Virus record (IMG/VR): IMGVR_UViG_3300025121_000033 | Source: a virus | Lineage: Duplodnaviria > Heunggongvirae > Uroviricota > Caudoviricetes | Strand: one strand, 5' to 3' | DNA length: 64,000 nt | Shown: positions 27,259-37,151 of the stretch, piece after piece | Numbering within the stretch: position 1 is the stretch's first letter | Layout of the letters: each line of letters opens with the position of its first letter | Position numbers and translations under genes: made by a program | The notes under the pieces: generated by a model | What the model was told of the DNA's origin: nothing | The model's input: only the letters and a program-made list of their open reading frames with translations | Databases searched by the model: none

Positions 27259-27619
27259 TATGGAAATGTACCAAGAAATTTACAAAGAGTTCCAGACAAA
27301 ATGCGAAAACAACTCCGCTTCTGCGGTAGACGCAGGACAAGCGTATGTTAAGCTGACCAGTCTTTACGCGAATTACAACTTAGATTTGGCTTACGCTAAA
27401 AAAGCATTAAGCCGTGTTATCGCCGATACCCAAAGTAAAATGGACGATGCGACTGGTAAACCAGTCACGTCAGCGAAGGCTGAGATACTGTCGCGCGCAA
27501 CACCTGAATCTGACTCGGTTGTCTTATCCGAGGCTCATGTAAATAACTTGAGTATGATGATCCAGACACTGAAAAAATATCAAGAGGGGTTAGCGCAAGA
27601 GTTCTCTCACAACAGCTAA
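27251..27619 (+). CDS. Hypothetical protein (122 aa).
   Basis: ORF. Confidence 0.45.
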   Translation: MNNMEMYQEIYKEFQTKCENNSASAVDAGQAYVKLTSLYANYNLDLAYAKKALSRVIADTQSKMDDATGKPVTSAKAEILSRATPESDSVVLSEAHVNNLSMMIQTLKKYQEGLAQEFSHNS

Positions 27620-27625
27620 ATTATA

Positions 27626-27655
27626 AACCCCGTCATTAAAGACGGGGTTTTTGTA
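27626..27655 (+). terminator. Rho-independent terminator: accccgtc-attaaa-gacggggt, then T5.
   Basis: GC stem followed by a T-run. Confidence 0.7.
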
Positions 27656-27663
27656 TACACGTT

Positions 27664-27912
27664 ATGGCGAATTGCCTTTCGTGCGGACAAGATTTTGAAC
27701 CAAAGACTAAGAGACACGCCTATTGCAGCCGTAAATGCTTCCGGAAGACGTTTGACGCCAATAGGAGGGCTACGGGAAAACCAGATTATATTTGCTGGTC
27801 TTGCCGCACAATAATTAAACTTACTTTCTCACCGAAACTTCAGTATAGCGCTTGGGTTGTATTTAAGTGCCCCCAGTGCGGGAAGGCGCACAATGAAGAT
27901 CCTGAAGTTTGA
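27664..27912 (+). CDS. Zinc-ribbon protein (CLSCG...CSRKC...CWSCR...CPQCG).
   Basis: ORF. It is the last gene of the + arm and is convergent with the - arm. Confidence 0.45.
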   Translation: MANCLSCGQDFEPKTKRHAYCSRKCFRKTFDANRRATGKPDYICWSCRTIIKLTFSPKLQYSAWVVFKCPQCGKAHNEDPEV

Positions 27913-27916
27913 AATC

Positions 27917-30900
27917 TTATATCGGATTCGCTTCGTAATAAGGCTTGGCAACTTCTGGAGTATCGTTAAAGATGAATGAAAGTCGGACCTGAAAGGAAGT
28001 ATGAGAGTCTTCGTATCCACCCCAATTAGAAAGATTACTCTTCTTGGCGGTTAGAAGCCAAACAGCTATCGTCCTTTTCTGCTCTTCTGTCATATTTGGC
28101 GCGACACTGTAGTAATAGTCAGTCACTTCGTCTTTTACTCCATCTTTAATCTTTTTTATGGCCGCTTTATTATCCTGCTTGACAGACATTATTTCTTTAG
28201 ATCCTTCATCTTTTTTCTTAGAGAAGAAAGACAAATAGTCTTTTACGACTGGATCGCTTATCGGCGCACGTTGAATATTATTATCAGCGAAATATTTTTT
28301 TACATTATTCACTCTCGCGTCGTGGGTAAACTGTTGTTCCTTAGCTGATAAGCGCTCTGGAAATTCTGGTAAATTAGATACAAGTTTTGCAATAACATCA
28401 ACAGGGCCCGGTTTCTGTCGTTTTGAACCGATATTCTTCCAATACACGGCGAACGCGTTCTTCATTTCATTGTACCTGTCTTGGCTGAATCCTTTACTAC
28501 TATCAGCGTAGTCATAAATAGCCTGCCGTTCAGAAAGGCTATCAAAGAAGTTTTTAGCTGCTATATTATGCGGCACTCCTTTAGGTGCATCAAAAAATTT
28601 ATTTCTCAATAAATCAGACAACTTACTGACACCACCATTGGATAGTTCCTTATCAAGATTGGATTTCTTTACAGCGTCAGTGGAAGCATTGCTCATGTAT
28701 TCGGTAAAGGCGTATAGTTTTTGGTTACGCTGCTCCAGCGTTTCTCCCTGCGCTGGCTTTTTCAATTTCCATCCGCCGATGCTTTCGTCGTTGTCCATAA
28801 TGCCTTGTATCACGCGCCTGAAAGTAGAATTCTCTCCGACAGATTGGCCGCCTTTTACTGCTTTCTCTGCTAAATCCATACTATTTTCGAACGTAATTGG
28901 GCCTTTCTCATAGTTAGTAAGAGTGGGTGCTTCTTTTCCTCCTTCTCTTTCGAATATGCCTTTCAACTTATTGGCGTATTCTTCTGGGATTTTGAAGTTG
29001 CCCCCTTCGGATTTACCAACAGCGAAAAGCGGACCAGCGTCTCCATCAGTATCAAAATAAAATTCTCGGTACCCAACTTTATTGTTGACGATCATGCTCT
29101 CTCCCAGATCGGTGATGCCACGCTCTTCAGCTGATATTACTTTAAAAGGCAGTAGGCCTGTCCTTTTTGTGTTAGGATGTCGCGTCGCCAACACAACTTC
29201 CGGGTTACCAAGCTTTTCAATTGTTTTGTTGGAAAGCATAATAGAATCCTCTGGCACTTCCGCCCATTTACCGTTAGGAGATTTGATAACACCAAAGTCT
29301 GGGTAGAATTTACCGTAGTGCGCCTTTAAGAATTGCCCGTTTAGCACATAATCACGCAGCGAATTATGAAGTGCTAATTCTAATTCGTAGCGGATATCAC
29401 TTCCGTTCTTTCCCCAACCACCATTCTCTAAGATTTTTTTAGTTTTGCCATACATGTTCTCCCCTAACGCAGTCTTAAAGATATCCTGATATTCGCTCAG
29501 AACCGCGCGCGCTTCTTTAGCAGTTTTAGAACCATACACAAGTTCGGTAAACGCCTTTTTAAATCGTTCGACTGGTTGAGAGTACATCTCCTCTACAACT
29601 TTATTTAGTCCGTCGGCGTAACCAAACTTACTATTAAGATATGGGGAGAATTTATAATCTTGATCCGGCATCTTTGGGAGTTCATATTTAGCGCGAAAAG
29701 CAGACATCGGGAATTCCCCGACGTAGTAGTTTGGTTTGCCTTCGCCAAAGTTCTCTAGTATCTTTGTGCTGATTTTTACGTTGTTATGTGACGTAATATA
29801 GTCGCCTGGTTGAAATTTATAATTTGGGATATACTGTCTTACGTATTCTTCTATCCGCTCTGCGGTCGCGCTGTCTGGCTTGACGCCGAATAATTCATTT
29901 TTTATAATGTTTGGTTTGCCGTCTTCGCCTTTAAACGTTATTACATTTTTATTAGTCAAGTACTCCTCTGGTTTATGGAGGTACCCGCCTTCTTTGTTAA
30001 TTCGGATCATGTCATCGGTGTGCACAAAGGAAGCGCCATCAACTATCTCATGTTTGTTGGCGTCTTTGCCAAAGTTAATGACGATTAATCTTTTTTTAAC
30101 GTTACTATCGTTGATCGGTTTAAATTCTGCGAAGTTGAACTCCTTCCAGCGCTTGTTCAACACTGCTTTGTCGTCAGTTTTGCTTAAATTAAGTACATTA
30201 CTGATAATAAAATCAAAGAATTTATCTGTTCCTTCTTTAATATTCTTGCTACCGCCGATAATAGGGTCGTACTTAATTCCGAATAAAGTATCAGCAGAAT
30301 TGCCGGTAGCCCCAAATGGGACATATCCAGCTTCATATAATTTATTTTTTAAATCCGATATGCTCATTTTTTTACGCATCTTACTATCAACTTGAACCTT
30401 CATCACATCTAAATCAGTCCCGCGCTCTTTGTTGAATTGTGCTAACGATTCGTCTATAAAACTAGCCGGTTGAGGAGTGCGCTCGATCACGGAAGTTTTT
30501 GTAGGTGTGACCAGTATCGCTTTATCCGGAACGCTTTGAGCGGTTCTCTTAAATAGCGATTTCAGAGCAGCTTTAGACTTTCGCCCAGTGATTGGCGTGT
30601 CTATGCCTAATTTTTGGTAGTTTGACTCTACGCTATTAATAAATTCATTAAACGCGTGGTCTTCGTTGCCATTGTATTTGTTAACCAGTTCTTTTGATTT
30701 AACATACATCTCTTCTGCCGACAGAGATTTTTTAATACCTTCCGCTACCTTTATTTGTTCTGGGGTGGCCTTAACTTCTGACAGTTTTTTATCGATATCG
30801 TCGCTTAAACCCTTAATTACTCCTTTCTCGTCAAAGCGTCTGAAATCTCGGATGTTAACTTTTTCTGTTGCCGGAGCTGGCTGCGGATTTTTCATTGCCA

Positions 30901-33900
30901 GTTCTACTTTCGGTTCAGCGGTAGAGAACAGATCAAGTTGTTTTGTGTCGTAGAATTTGTTTTCTGTTGCTGGCGCGGTAACCTTAGGAGCGGTTTGAGG
31001 AGTAGTCTGCGTAGGGCGTGAGGCCAATAGCGTCTTCATTTCTTCAACAACAGCTTCTTTCGGTTTGGCTTGTGGCGCAATTTGAGGTGATTGCTGCACG
31101 GTCTCTTGCTTAGGTGCTATGGTCACGCTCGGTTTAACAGCCGACTTAGTCGGAGTAGTAAATGTCTTAACAGCGTTATTCGCTGCGTCAGACACACGTT
31201 GAGTTTTTTCTTCGGCGCTTACATTAATTATTTTGTCGCGCACCGGCTTACCTGGGTTAATAGTGTTTTCAGTTTTATTATAAATTGAAGAAAGCATGTC
31301 CATTTGGCCAGCAGCTTTTTTCTCTTTCATCATCTGCCTTACTTCCCTGGTCAAATCTTTCTCCGTCACCGGTTTATAAGATAGCACTCTTGATTCAGGT
31401 TTTTTTATTTCTGGCAAAGAAAGTTCTAACTGTTTGGCTTGCCGTATCGCTTTCATCGTATCTAAAATACGGTCTACCGTGATCGCTTCTTTGCTCGAAA
31501 TTCCAATATTGCGCAACACAGATTGAGCGTCCATGTTATTGCCGAGCGTGTCTGTGCCCATCTTAATAACTATAGCTGGTAGACCCGACTCCACGTTCTT
31601 GGCTTCAGCGAATGAAATCTGCACTATTCTAGCGCTGATCCCATTCTGTTTCATACTATCGTAAATAGTGTCTTTATTAACATCCGAATCGTACAATTCA
31701 GCTGGTAAATTTCTTTTCGCAGCTACACTAAGTTGTTTTTGGTTCATCTGCTCAGCGATATTCGTTTTACTCGGAGCATACCCAAGATTTAAAAATTCTC
31801 CATTTTTATACGCGACAAGAGCAAGATGCTTTTCAGCACTTTCTCCTGCCAGTTTCCCGGCCTGTTTTACGGCATATGTAATTTCTGGGTTATCAACCAA
31901 AAATCCGTACTGAGGGTTGTTAGGATCATAAACAAAGTCAGAAGCAAATTTGATCTGGTTGTCTTTAATGATTCCGTCTTTACCCTGTGATGTAATTTGC
32001 AAATAAGACGGGCGCACTGTGTTGCCCTCAGCATTAATATAATTATCTTTTGCGCCAACAAATTTCTTTTCAGAAGCATTTTTAAACGCGACTGGATCTG
32101 ACTCAGCTGTTATTAAAGGCATTTTTCTTTCTCCAATATCAAATAAATCCTTGTTGCCTTCGATAAATCTAACGCCAGCGTCAGGTACAAGTTTAATGCG
32201 GTGCGTCGGTAAATCAATGCCATTGTCTTTATTAAGTTGCTCCCAGTTAACTTTTGATTCAGCATCTAAAGCAATTACCCTGTCAATTTTAGGGGATGTA
32301 TTCGCAACGGCAATATTTTCCAACCACCGAGAACCGGCAATTAGCTTGCCAATTTCTTGGTTCATTTTTACCTCATCAATTTCGCCATTGTGGTATGCTT
32401 TAATTATTTCTGATTGCGCACGTACATTATCGTTCATTAAATCGCTGCCGTATTTCATTCTTTGCTCTAAGGCAGACCCAATCGGAGGGGGCTCAGTAGC
32501 TCTTATTTTAGCTCTGCCTAACCACAAATTGCGCTGCCCAAGAACAGAATCGGTCGCTATCTTTTCTGCGTCTGTGGCGATACTTCCCTTAGCTTGAGTA
32601 GCGACACCGACTCCATGAAGGCCGCCCATAATAGCACCGGATAAAAGAGCATTATCAACATCTCCTGAATTGATATACTCTATCATCATACCGGCGAACG
32701 CGGCACCGAATGCGCCTTTTACGCTCATAGGAAGGCCAGAGAGAGACAAGGCCATGGAAGTGTCAGTAAATACACGTCTTGCGCGGGACCCCTCTTCGTC
32801 TTGTTTACTTAACTGCCCGACAGTATTAAAAATTAAAGCATTTTTCGCTGCAGTCTTGCCATATCCCTTTAGCCCTGGCGCAAGCATTTTTGCTATTATC
32901 GGAACAGCTGTAGAAGTTCCTTTCGGCTGAACGTATTTAGCAGCGAGCGCCGGCTTAGATTCATACTCCATGATCTTGGCTAATTTTGTAGCGCCGGAAG
33001 TAACAAGCGGAATTTTCCTTGCTGAGGCGACATACTTAAAGCCATTCAGTAGTAATCCTTCTACGGCTTTAAATGACGCAATTGCGCCTGCGACATGGCC
33101 AGTGACATTCGCGACGCTATTGGCTGTTTTTTCCCATTGTGCCTCCACTGTCCCTGGTTTAGGAGCGGCAGCCGGTAAATCAAAATAGCCGAATGTCATT
33201 CCGCTTAACACACCTTTTGTAAACGCCGAAGTCATCGGAGGCATTATGATATCCAAACTCTTAGCGGCATCGGCTTTAAACGATGTCCACGTCTTTTTAA
33301 AGGCTTCAGGGATACCGGTTATGGCGTCTTTTATGCCGGTTGGTGTTACTGTTTCCCACTTCTTTTTATACTCTTCAGCAATCTTAGTTGGCAAAATAAT
33401 TTGTTCATTACCAAATTTGTCTTTTATGGTTTCTTTTTGGTCTAAGTTTACACCGGCGACGTCTTTGTCTTGCCAGTTAAGCGAGAGAGCCGTGGCTTCA
33501 TTTTTACTGATTTTACCGGCGGTATATAACGCGCGCGCGACTTCGCCTACTTTAGTTTTTTTATCGTGGTCAAAAATATTTAGGACTTGTTTATTTTCCA
33601 ACGTATCTGATCCTTCTAACCAGATTGGGTAAATATGGTCTACTTGATATAGGGATGATGATCTACCGCCCAAGAGAATATTTTTTTCGATCTGCTGCTC
33701 TGGAGTTTCAAAGCGCCTTTCTGATTTTAAATACGCGCTTGGATTTGTTGGGTCATAAGCATACTGGCCCCCGCCGACAAACTTGCTTAAAGTGGCAAAT
33801 TTAGCAGATACTGGCTGCTGCTTAACATAATTTGGATCAAAAGTATACCCAGGATAGTTTTCTTGGATATTTAAACTCGGAACAGATTTTTCAAATTGCA

Positions 33901-34069
33901 CGCCAGCTACAGTTTTTTCCGGTAGAGCCGCGGGAATATTCTTGAATTTGCTAACATCTATCGGCTTAGCGCTTTTTAAATATGTGCCTGGGGCTTTTAG
34001 CACTTGCGCTGCTCTCTGCCCAACCGTTGCTTGATTGTAACTTGTGTTAAGCGGCAGTTGATTGGCCAT
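27917..34069 (-). CDS. Giant (2050 aa) putative virion-associated single-chain RNA-polymerase-like protein. It has a beta-prime-type DPBB catalytic loop (DxDGD) and an N-terminal HNH-like motif.
   Basis: TRHPNTKRTGLLPFKV...(24 aa)...FYFDTDGDAGPLFAV aligns with E. coli beta-prime NRQPTLHRLGIQAFEPV...NADFDGDQMAVH. A possible beta-like K...NK segment (INFGKDANKHEIV...TDDM) lies about 350 aa upstream. An HNH-like DHIYP...ENKQ motif sits near residue 150. It is the last gene of the structural operon. Confidence 0.45.
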   Translation of the reverse strand: MANQLPLNTSYNQATVGQRAAQVLKAPGTYLKSAKPIDVSKFKNIPAALPEKTVAGVQFEKSVPSLNIQENYPGYTFDPNYVKQQPVSAKFATLSKFVGGGQYAYDPTNPSAYLKSERRFETPEQQIEKNILLGGRSSSLYQVDHIYPIWLEGSDTLENKQVLNIFDHDKKTKVGEVARALYTAGKISKNEATALSLNWQDKDVAGVNLDQKETIKDKFGNEQIILPTKIAEEYKKKWETVTPTGIKDAITGIPEAFKKTWTSFKADAAKSLDIIMPPMTSAFTKGVLSGMTFGYFDLPAAAPKPGTVEAQWEKTANSVANVTGHVAGAIASFKAVEGLLLNGFKYVASARKIPLVTSGATKLAKIMEYESKPALAAKYVQPKGTSTAVPIIAKMLAPGLKGYGKTAAKNALIFNTVGQLSKQDEEGSRARRVFTDTSMALSLSGLPMSVKGAFGAAFAGMMIEYINSGDVDNALLSGAIMGGLHGVGVATQAKGSIATDAEKIATDSVLGQRNLWLGRAKIRATEPPPIGSALEQRMKYGSDLMNDNVRAQSEIIKAYHNGEIDEVKMNQEIGKLIAGSRWLENIAVANTSPKIDRVIALDAESKVNWEQLNKDNGIDLPTHRIKLVPDAGVRFIEGNKDLFDIGERKMPLITAESDPVAFKNASEKKFVGAKDNYINAEGNTVRPSYLQITSQGKDGIIKDNQIKFASDFVYDPNNPQYGFLVDNPEITYAVKQAGKLAGESAEKHLALVAYKNGEFLNLGYAPSKTNIAEQMNQKQLSVAAKRNLPAELYDSDVNKDTIYDSMKQNGISARIVQISFAEAKNVESGLPAIVIKMGTDTLGNNMDAQSVLRNIGISSKEAITVDRILDTMKAIRQAKQLELSLPEIKKPESRVLSYKPVTEKDLTREVRQMMKEKKAAGQMDMLSSIYNKTENTINPGKPVRDKIINVSAEEKTQRVSDAANNAVKTFTTPTKSAVKPSVTIAPKQETVQQSPQIAPQAKPKEAVVEEMKTLLASRPTQTTPQTAPKVTAPATENKFYDTKQLDLFSTAEPKVELAMKNPQPAPATEKVNIRDFRRFDEKGVIKGLSDDIDKKLSEVKATPEQIKVAEGIKKSLSAEEMYVKSKELVNKYNGNEDHAFNEFINSVESNYQKLGIDTPITGRKSKAALKSLFKRTAQSVPDKAILVTPTKTSVIERTPQPASFIDESLAQFNKERGTDLDVMKVQVDSKMRKKMSISDLKNKLYEAGYVPFGATGNSADTLFGIKYDPIIGGSKNIKEGTDKFFDFIISNVLNLSKTDDKAVLNKRWKEFNFAEFKPINDSNVKKRLIVINFGKDANKHEIVDGASFVHTDDMIRINKEGGYLHKPEEYLTNKNVITFKGEDGKPNIIKNELFGVKPDSATAERIEEYVRQYIPNYKFQPGDYITSHNNVKISTKILENFGEGKPNYYVGEFPMSAFRAKYELPKMPDQDYKFSPYLNSKFGYADGLNKVVEEMYSQPVERFKKAFTELVYGSKTAKEARAVLSEYQDIFKTALGENMYGKTKKILENGGWGKNGSDIRYELELALHNSLRDYVLNGQFLKAHYGKFYPDFGVIKSPNGKWAEVPEDSIMLSNKTIEKLGNPEVVLATRHPNTKRTGLLPFKVISAEERGITDLGESMIVNNKVGYREFYFDTDGDAGPLFAVGKSEGGNFKIPEEYANKLKGIFEREGGKEAPTLTNYEKGPITFENSMDLAEKAVKGGQSVGENSTFRRVIQGIMDNDESIGGWKLKKPAQGETLEQRNQKLYAFTEYMSNASTDAVKKSNLDKELSNGGVSKLSDLLRNKFFDAPKGVPHNIAAKNFFDSLSERQAIYDYADSSKGFSQDRYNEMKNAFAVYWKNIGSKRQKPGPVDVIAKLVSNLPEFPERLSAKEQQFTHDARVNNVKKYFADNNIQRAPISDPVVKDYLSFFSKKKDEGSKEIMSVKQDNKAAIKKIKDGVKDEVTDYYYSVAPNMTEEQKRTIAVWLLTAKKSNLSNWGGYEDSHTSFQVRLSFIFNDTPEVAKPYYEANPI

Positions 34070-34070
34070 A

Positions 34071-36587
34071 TTAGATTAGAATTTTATTAGGTTGGAATTG
34101 GTCCATGATGATAAAGAGCATATCGTCTGGGCTAAAGTCGGCCACTTTATTTTTCTTCCATTCGGGATTATTCACGTATTGTGAATTTGCAGCGCCGGAT
34201 AATACACTATCAACAGTTATTTTGTCTTGGCCCGCCAGAGGGTTACTCTTAACGAAGCTCACAACAGAGTCTAAAACCCCCTCGTTAACTGATCCAGAAA
34301 AACGATTCTTCCAGTCTGAAAGAAATTTGTCATCGCTGACTTCGCCCCAAGTCCGCGGCTTATTTAGACCGGATGTTTTTAATGATAGATCCTTTAACGC
34401 GGATAAAACATTATTAGAAGCGTTCTGGTCGCTCCACAATTGGCTTTTCAGTTTATTGTATATACCGGATTGTAAGGAGCTCAGAAGCTGTTGCGTATTC
34501 GCTTTAACAATTTCATTAATACTACCCCGCTCATCGCGTCCAGCTTCATTCCAAAATTCTTTAATACGGTTAAGGTAAACATCAACCATCTGTTTAAATG
34601 TGGTAGAGCCGGCTGATGCGGTCGCTAGTTGTTGCGCGTTATTTCTTATCTCGGTACCGTAGGCCTCAAGAACCCCGTTTGGATCGAGTGACCTTGCGCT
34701 ATCGCCTTCGGTTACTTTAGATTGGGCGGCAAAATCAACTAACGCGGCAAGATTGCTGTCGCTAATCGCTATCTTTTTTTGATAGTCCGCCGGATCAGGT
34801 ACTTGGACTTGGTTGCTGACAGGGCTATTGCTTAATATTTGTTCGTATTTGTCCCAGTCTTTTTGGATGTAATTACCAGTGTAAGTTCCAAGCGTAGTTT
34901 GACCAAGCTCGGCTGATTTTTTCATTACATCAAGATAGAGGGACTGCTTCTCAAGTTCGATCGAATCTCGGTTCGCCATGTTAGTATAAAGGTCTTGGAG
35001 CATCGCGTCTAAGCGGCTGTAAACTGCCTGCGCTTGCGTCTGGTCATTCTTAAATCTGTCTAATTCATCTTGGAATTTAGTCCAGTTGGTGTCGTATAAG
35101 CTTTTTAGTTGCTCGGTCTGTGTATTATAAAGATTAATAGATTGGTTCGCGAAATCAATATAACGCTTCTGTTGGCGCCCCTTTAGAATGGTCAAATAAT
35201 TCATGTAATTTGACACGTCTTTTTGTCTTGAAGGATCAGCCATGTCCATGCCTTTCATCTGCTCTTTGGCTTTATCCATCATGCCGTTGATACCATTAAC
35301 CACTTCGTCACGCGTAGCAATATAAGTTTTCAGGTCTTCCCCAAGGGTGTTCCCAGCGGTAATACGCGCCAAAAGTTGGTTCTGAATTTCGTTGATTTTG
35401 TATTCTTTTTTGTATTTATCGATTACGTCGTTCGCGTTACCGAACAATAAATTGCTATCCGGTAGAGAGTTTTCTGGGATACCAAGATACTTCGCTAATT
35501 CACTTTTACGCGCTGGCGAAAGCATACCCTGAGAGAATGTAACAGGGCCAACGCCTGCTTCAAGCGACTGGTCTAAGAAGCTAAGACCGGTATCATAAGA
35601 CGCTGGCGCGGCAGGCGTAGCGCCACTGAAATCCATTTTTGTACCAGCAGAGAACGACTGAGAACCTGTAGGGGCTCCGGTTTGTCCTCCCGATAATCCC
35701 GGTACAAAATAATCTCCGGTTTCGCCAGATGGGAGAGGTTGGTATTGAGACGGTTGTGCTCCAGTTGCTCCCGGCGCCACGGTTGATGTAGCCGCGGCCG
35801 GTTGCGCAGTCGTTTGTTTTGATTTTTTTAGAGTATTAATAGCGCTAAGTAATTGCTGATTGACCGTAGCCTCAGACGCGCCGGGAAATTTACTGCGGAG
35901 TTGTTGGGCGGCATCGCTTGCTTTAAATCCATCTTCGACAATCGCTTTAGCCGCTATTTGAATACCGCTATTAAATTGCTGCGGCACAAGATTCGGAAGA
36001 ATTGGGCCGCTGAAAAATTTCTTTAATGCTTCAGTCGCCAAAGTTGTTTTTGGCATAGTGACGAATTGGCTACCTAATCCTGGTTGCGTACGCGCGATAT
36101 CAACAAGTTTTTTTGCGCCAGTGTCCAAAGCACCGGCAGTCGCAACCGCCAAATTCCCAGCTGTCTGCGTTATCGGTTTATAAATATTTTCAGGAATCCA
36201 TTGGAAACCTTTGCCGATGGCTTTGCCGATAGATGTGATACCACTTTTTACTGCGCTTCCGACTGTTGGAGACATTACAGGATTGGGAATTAATAAAGTA
36301 TTTCTGGACAGTTGAGCAGGCGCTGGTTGCGGCGCTATCGGCGCTGTTGTCGTAGGATATTCAATCGCTGCACCTTGTCCGTCATCAATATCATGGCCAA
36401 ATTTATTACTGGCGGATGTATTCATAGATTTCAAAATCAACGCAGCTTTTTTACGCTTTGTGCTTCCTGCCGGAGCGTCAAAAGCGTCTCTCAATTCTTT
36501 TAGTAGCTGAGGATTCTTCATTACCGCTTCCATTGTAATAGATTTAGCTTGAGCCATATAATTATGAAACTTTCTTATAGAAATCAA
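34071..36587 (-). CDS. Large structural / ejection protein (838 aa; the start may be the ATG at 36557).
   Basis: Long ORF in the tail-gene block with coiled-coil-rich, low-complexity Gln/Ala/Thr regions. Confidence 0.5.
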   Translation of the reverse strand: MISIRKFHNYMAQAKSITMEAVMKNPQLLKELRDAFDAPAGSTKRKKAALILKSMNTSASNKFGHDIDDGQGAAIEYPTTTAPIAPQPAPAQLSRNTLLIPNPVMSPTVGSAVKSGITSIGKAIGKGFQWIPENIYKPITQTAGNLAVATAGALDTGAKKLVDIARTQPGLGSQFVTMPKTTLATEALKKFFSGPILPNLVPQQFNSGIQIAAKAIVEDGFKASDAAQQLRSKFPGASEATVNQQLLSAINTLKKSKQTTAQPAAATSTVAPGATGAQPSQYQPLPSGETGDYFVPGLSGGQTGAPTGSQSFSAGTKMDFSGATPAAPASYDTGLSFLDQSLEAGVGPVTFSQGMLSPARKSELAKYLGIPENSLPDSNLLFGNANDVIDKYKKEYKINEIQNQLLARITAGNTLGEDLKTYIATRDEVVNGINGMMDKAKEQMKGMDMADPSRQKDVSNYMNYLTILKGRQQKRYIDFANQSINLYNTQTEQLKSLYDTNWTKFQDELDRFKNDQTQAQAVYSRLDAMLQDLYTNMANRDSIELEKQSLYLDVMKKSAELGQTTLGTYTGNYIQKDWDKYEQILSNSPVSNQVQVPDPADYQKKIAISDSNLAALVDFAAQSKVTEGDSARSLDPNGVLEAYGTEIRNNAQQLATASAGSTTFKQMVDVYLNRIKEFWNEAGRDERGSINEIVKANTQQLLSSLQSGIYNKLKSQLWSDQNASNNVLSALKDLSLKTSGLNKPRTWGEVSDDKFLSDWKNRFSGSVNEGVLDSVVSFVKSNPLAGQDKITVDSVLSGAANSQYVNNPEWKKNKVADFSPDDMLFIIMDQFQPNKILI

Positions 36588-37143
36588 ATGGGTTAATATA
36601 TTTGTTGTAAGCGTTTGTGATTCTGTAATCCAAGTGTGAGCCGGTTCCTCCGTGGAGGCTGTAAGTATTTCCTGTATTGCCCATTCCTCCGATCAAAGTT
36701 CCGGGATTAACCGTTTGCCCAACTTTAACCCAGACATTATTTAAATGGCTATAGCGATGTTTATTGCCTTGCGCGTCTTCGACCAAAACGTAATTACCAG
36801 CATTTTTTTCCCCTTGCGCTCTGCCGGTTTTTAAGTCGATCACTTTACCACCGACAAATGATGGAATGGGTGTACCAATTTTATTGGCGATATCAAGTCC
36901 CGGATGAAATTTTTCTATTCTAGTGCCTTCTCCATAATCAGTCGTTAACGTTCCAAGATTAGAAAATTTACCGCCATATTGCGGAGTAGATGATTTCTGT
37001 TGTGCAGGAGCATTTTGTGTAGGCTGCTGGCCCAAATTAACAAAACGGTTAGTATTAATAGATTTTAATTTAGGCATTCTGCTGCTCGCACTAAATGCCA
37101 TGCTTGTTGCTCCTTGAAATATTTTATTTGGGTCAAGTGCCAT
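36562..37143 (-). CDS. M23-family (LytM-like) peptidoglycan endopeptidase, likely virion-associated.
   Basis: FHPGLDIA matches HxxxD and GSHLDYRI matches HxH, with a Gly-rich beta-sheet core. Confidence 0.6.
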   Translation of the reverse strand: MALDPNKIFQGATSMAFSASSRMPKLKSINTNRFVNLGQQPTQNAPAQQKSSTPQYGGKFSNLGTLTTDYGEGTRIEKFHPGLDIANKIGTPIPSFVGGKVIDLKTGRAQGEKNAGNYVLVEDAQGNKHRYSHLNNVWVKVGQTVNPGTLIGGMGNTGNTYSLHGGTGSHLDYRITNAYNKYINPFDFYKKVS

Positions 37144-37151
37144 ATAATTAA

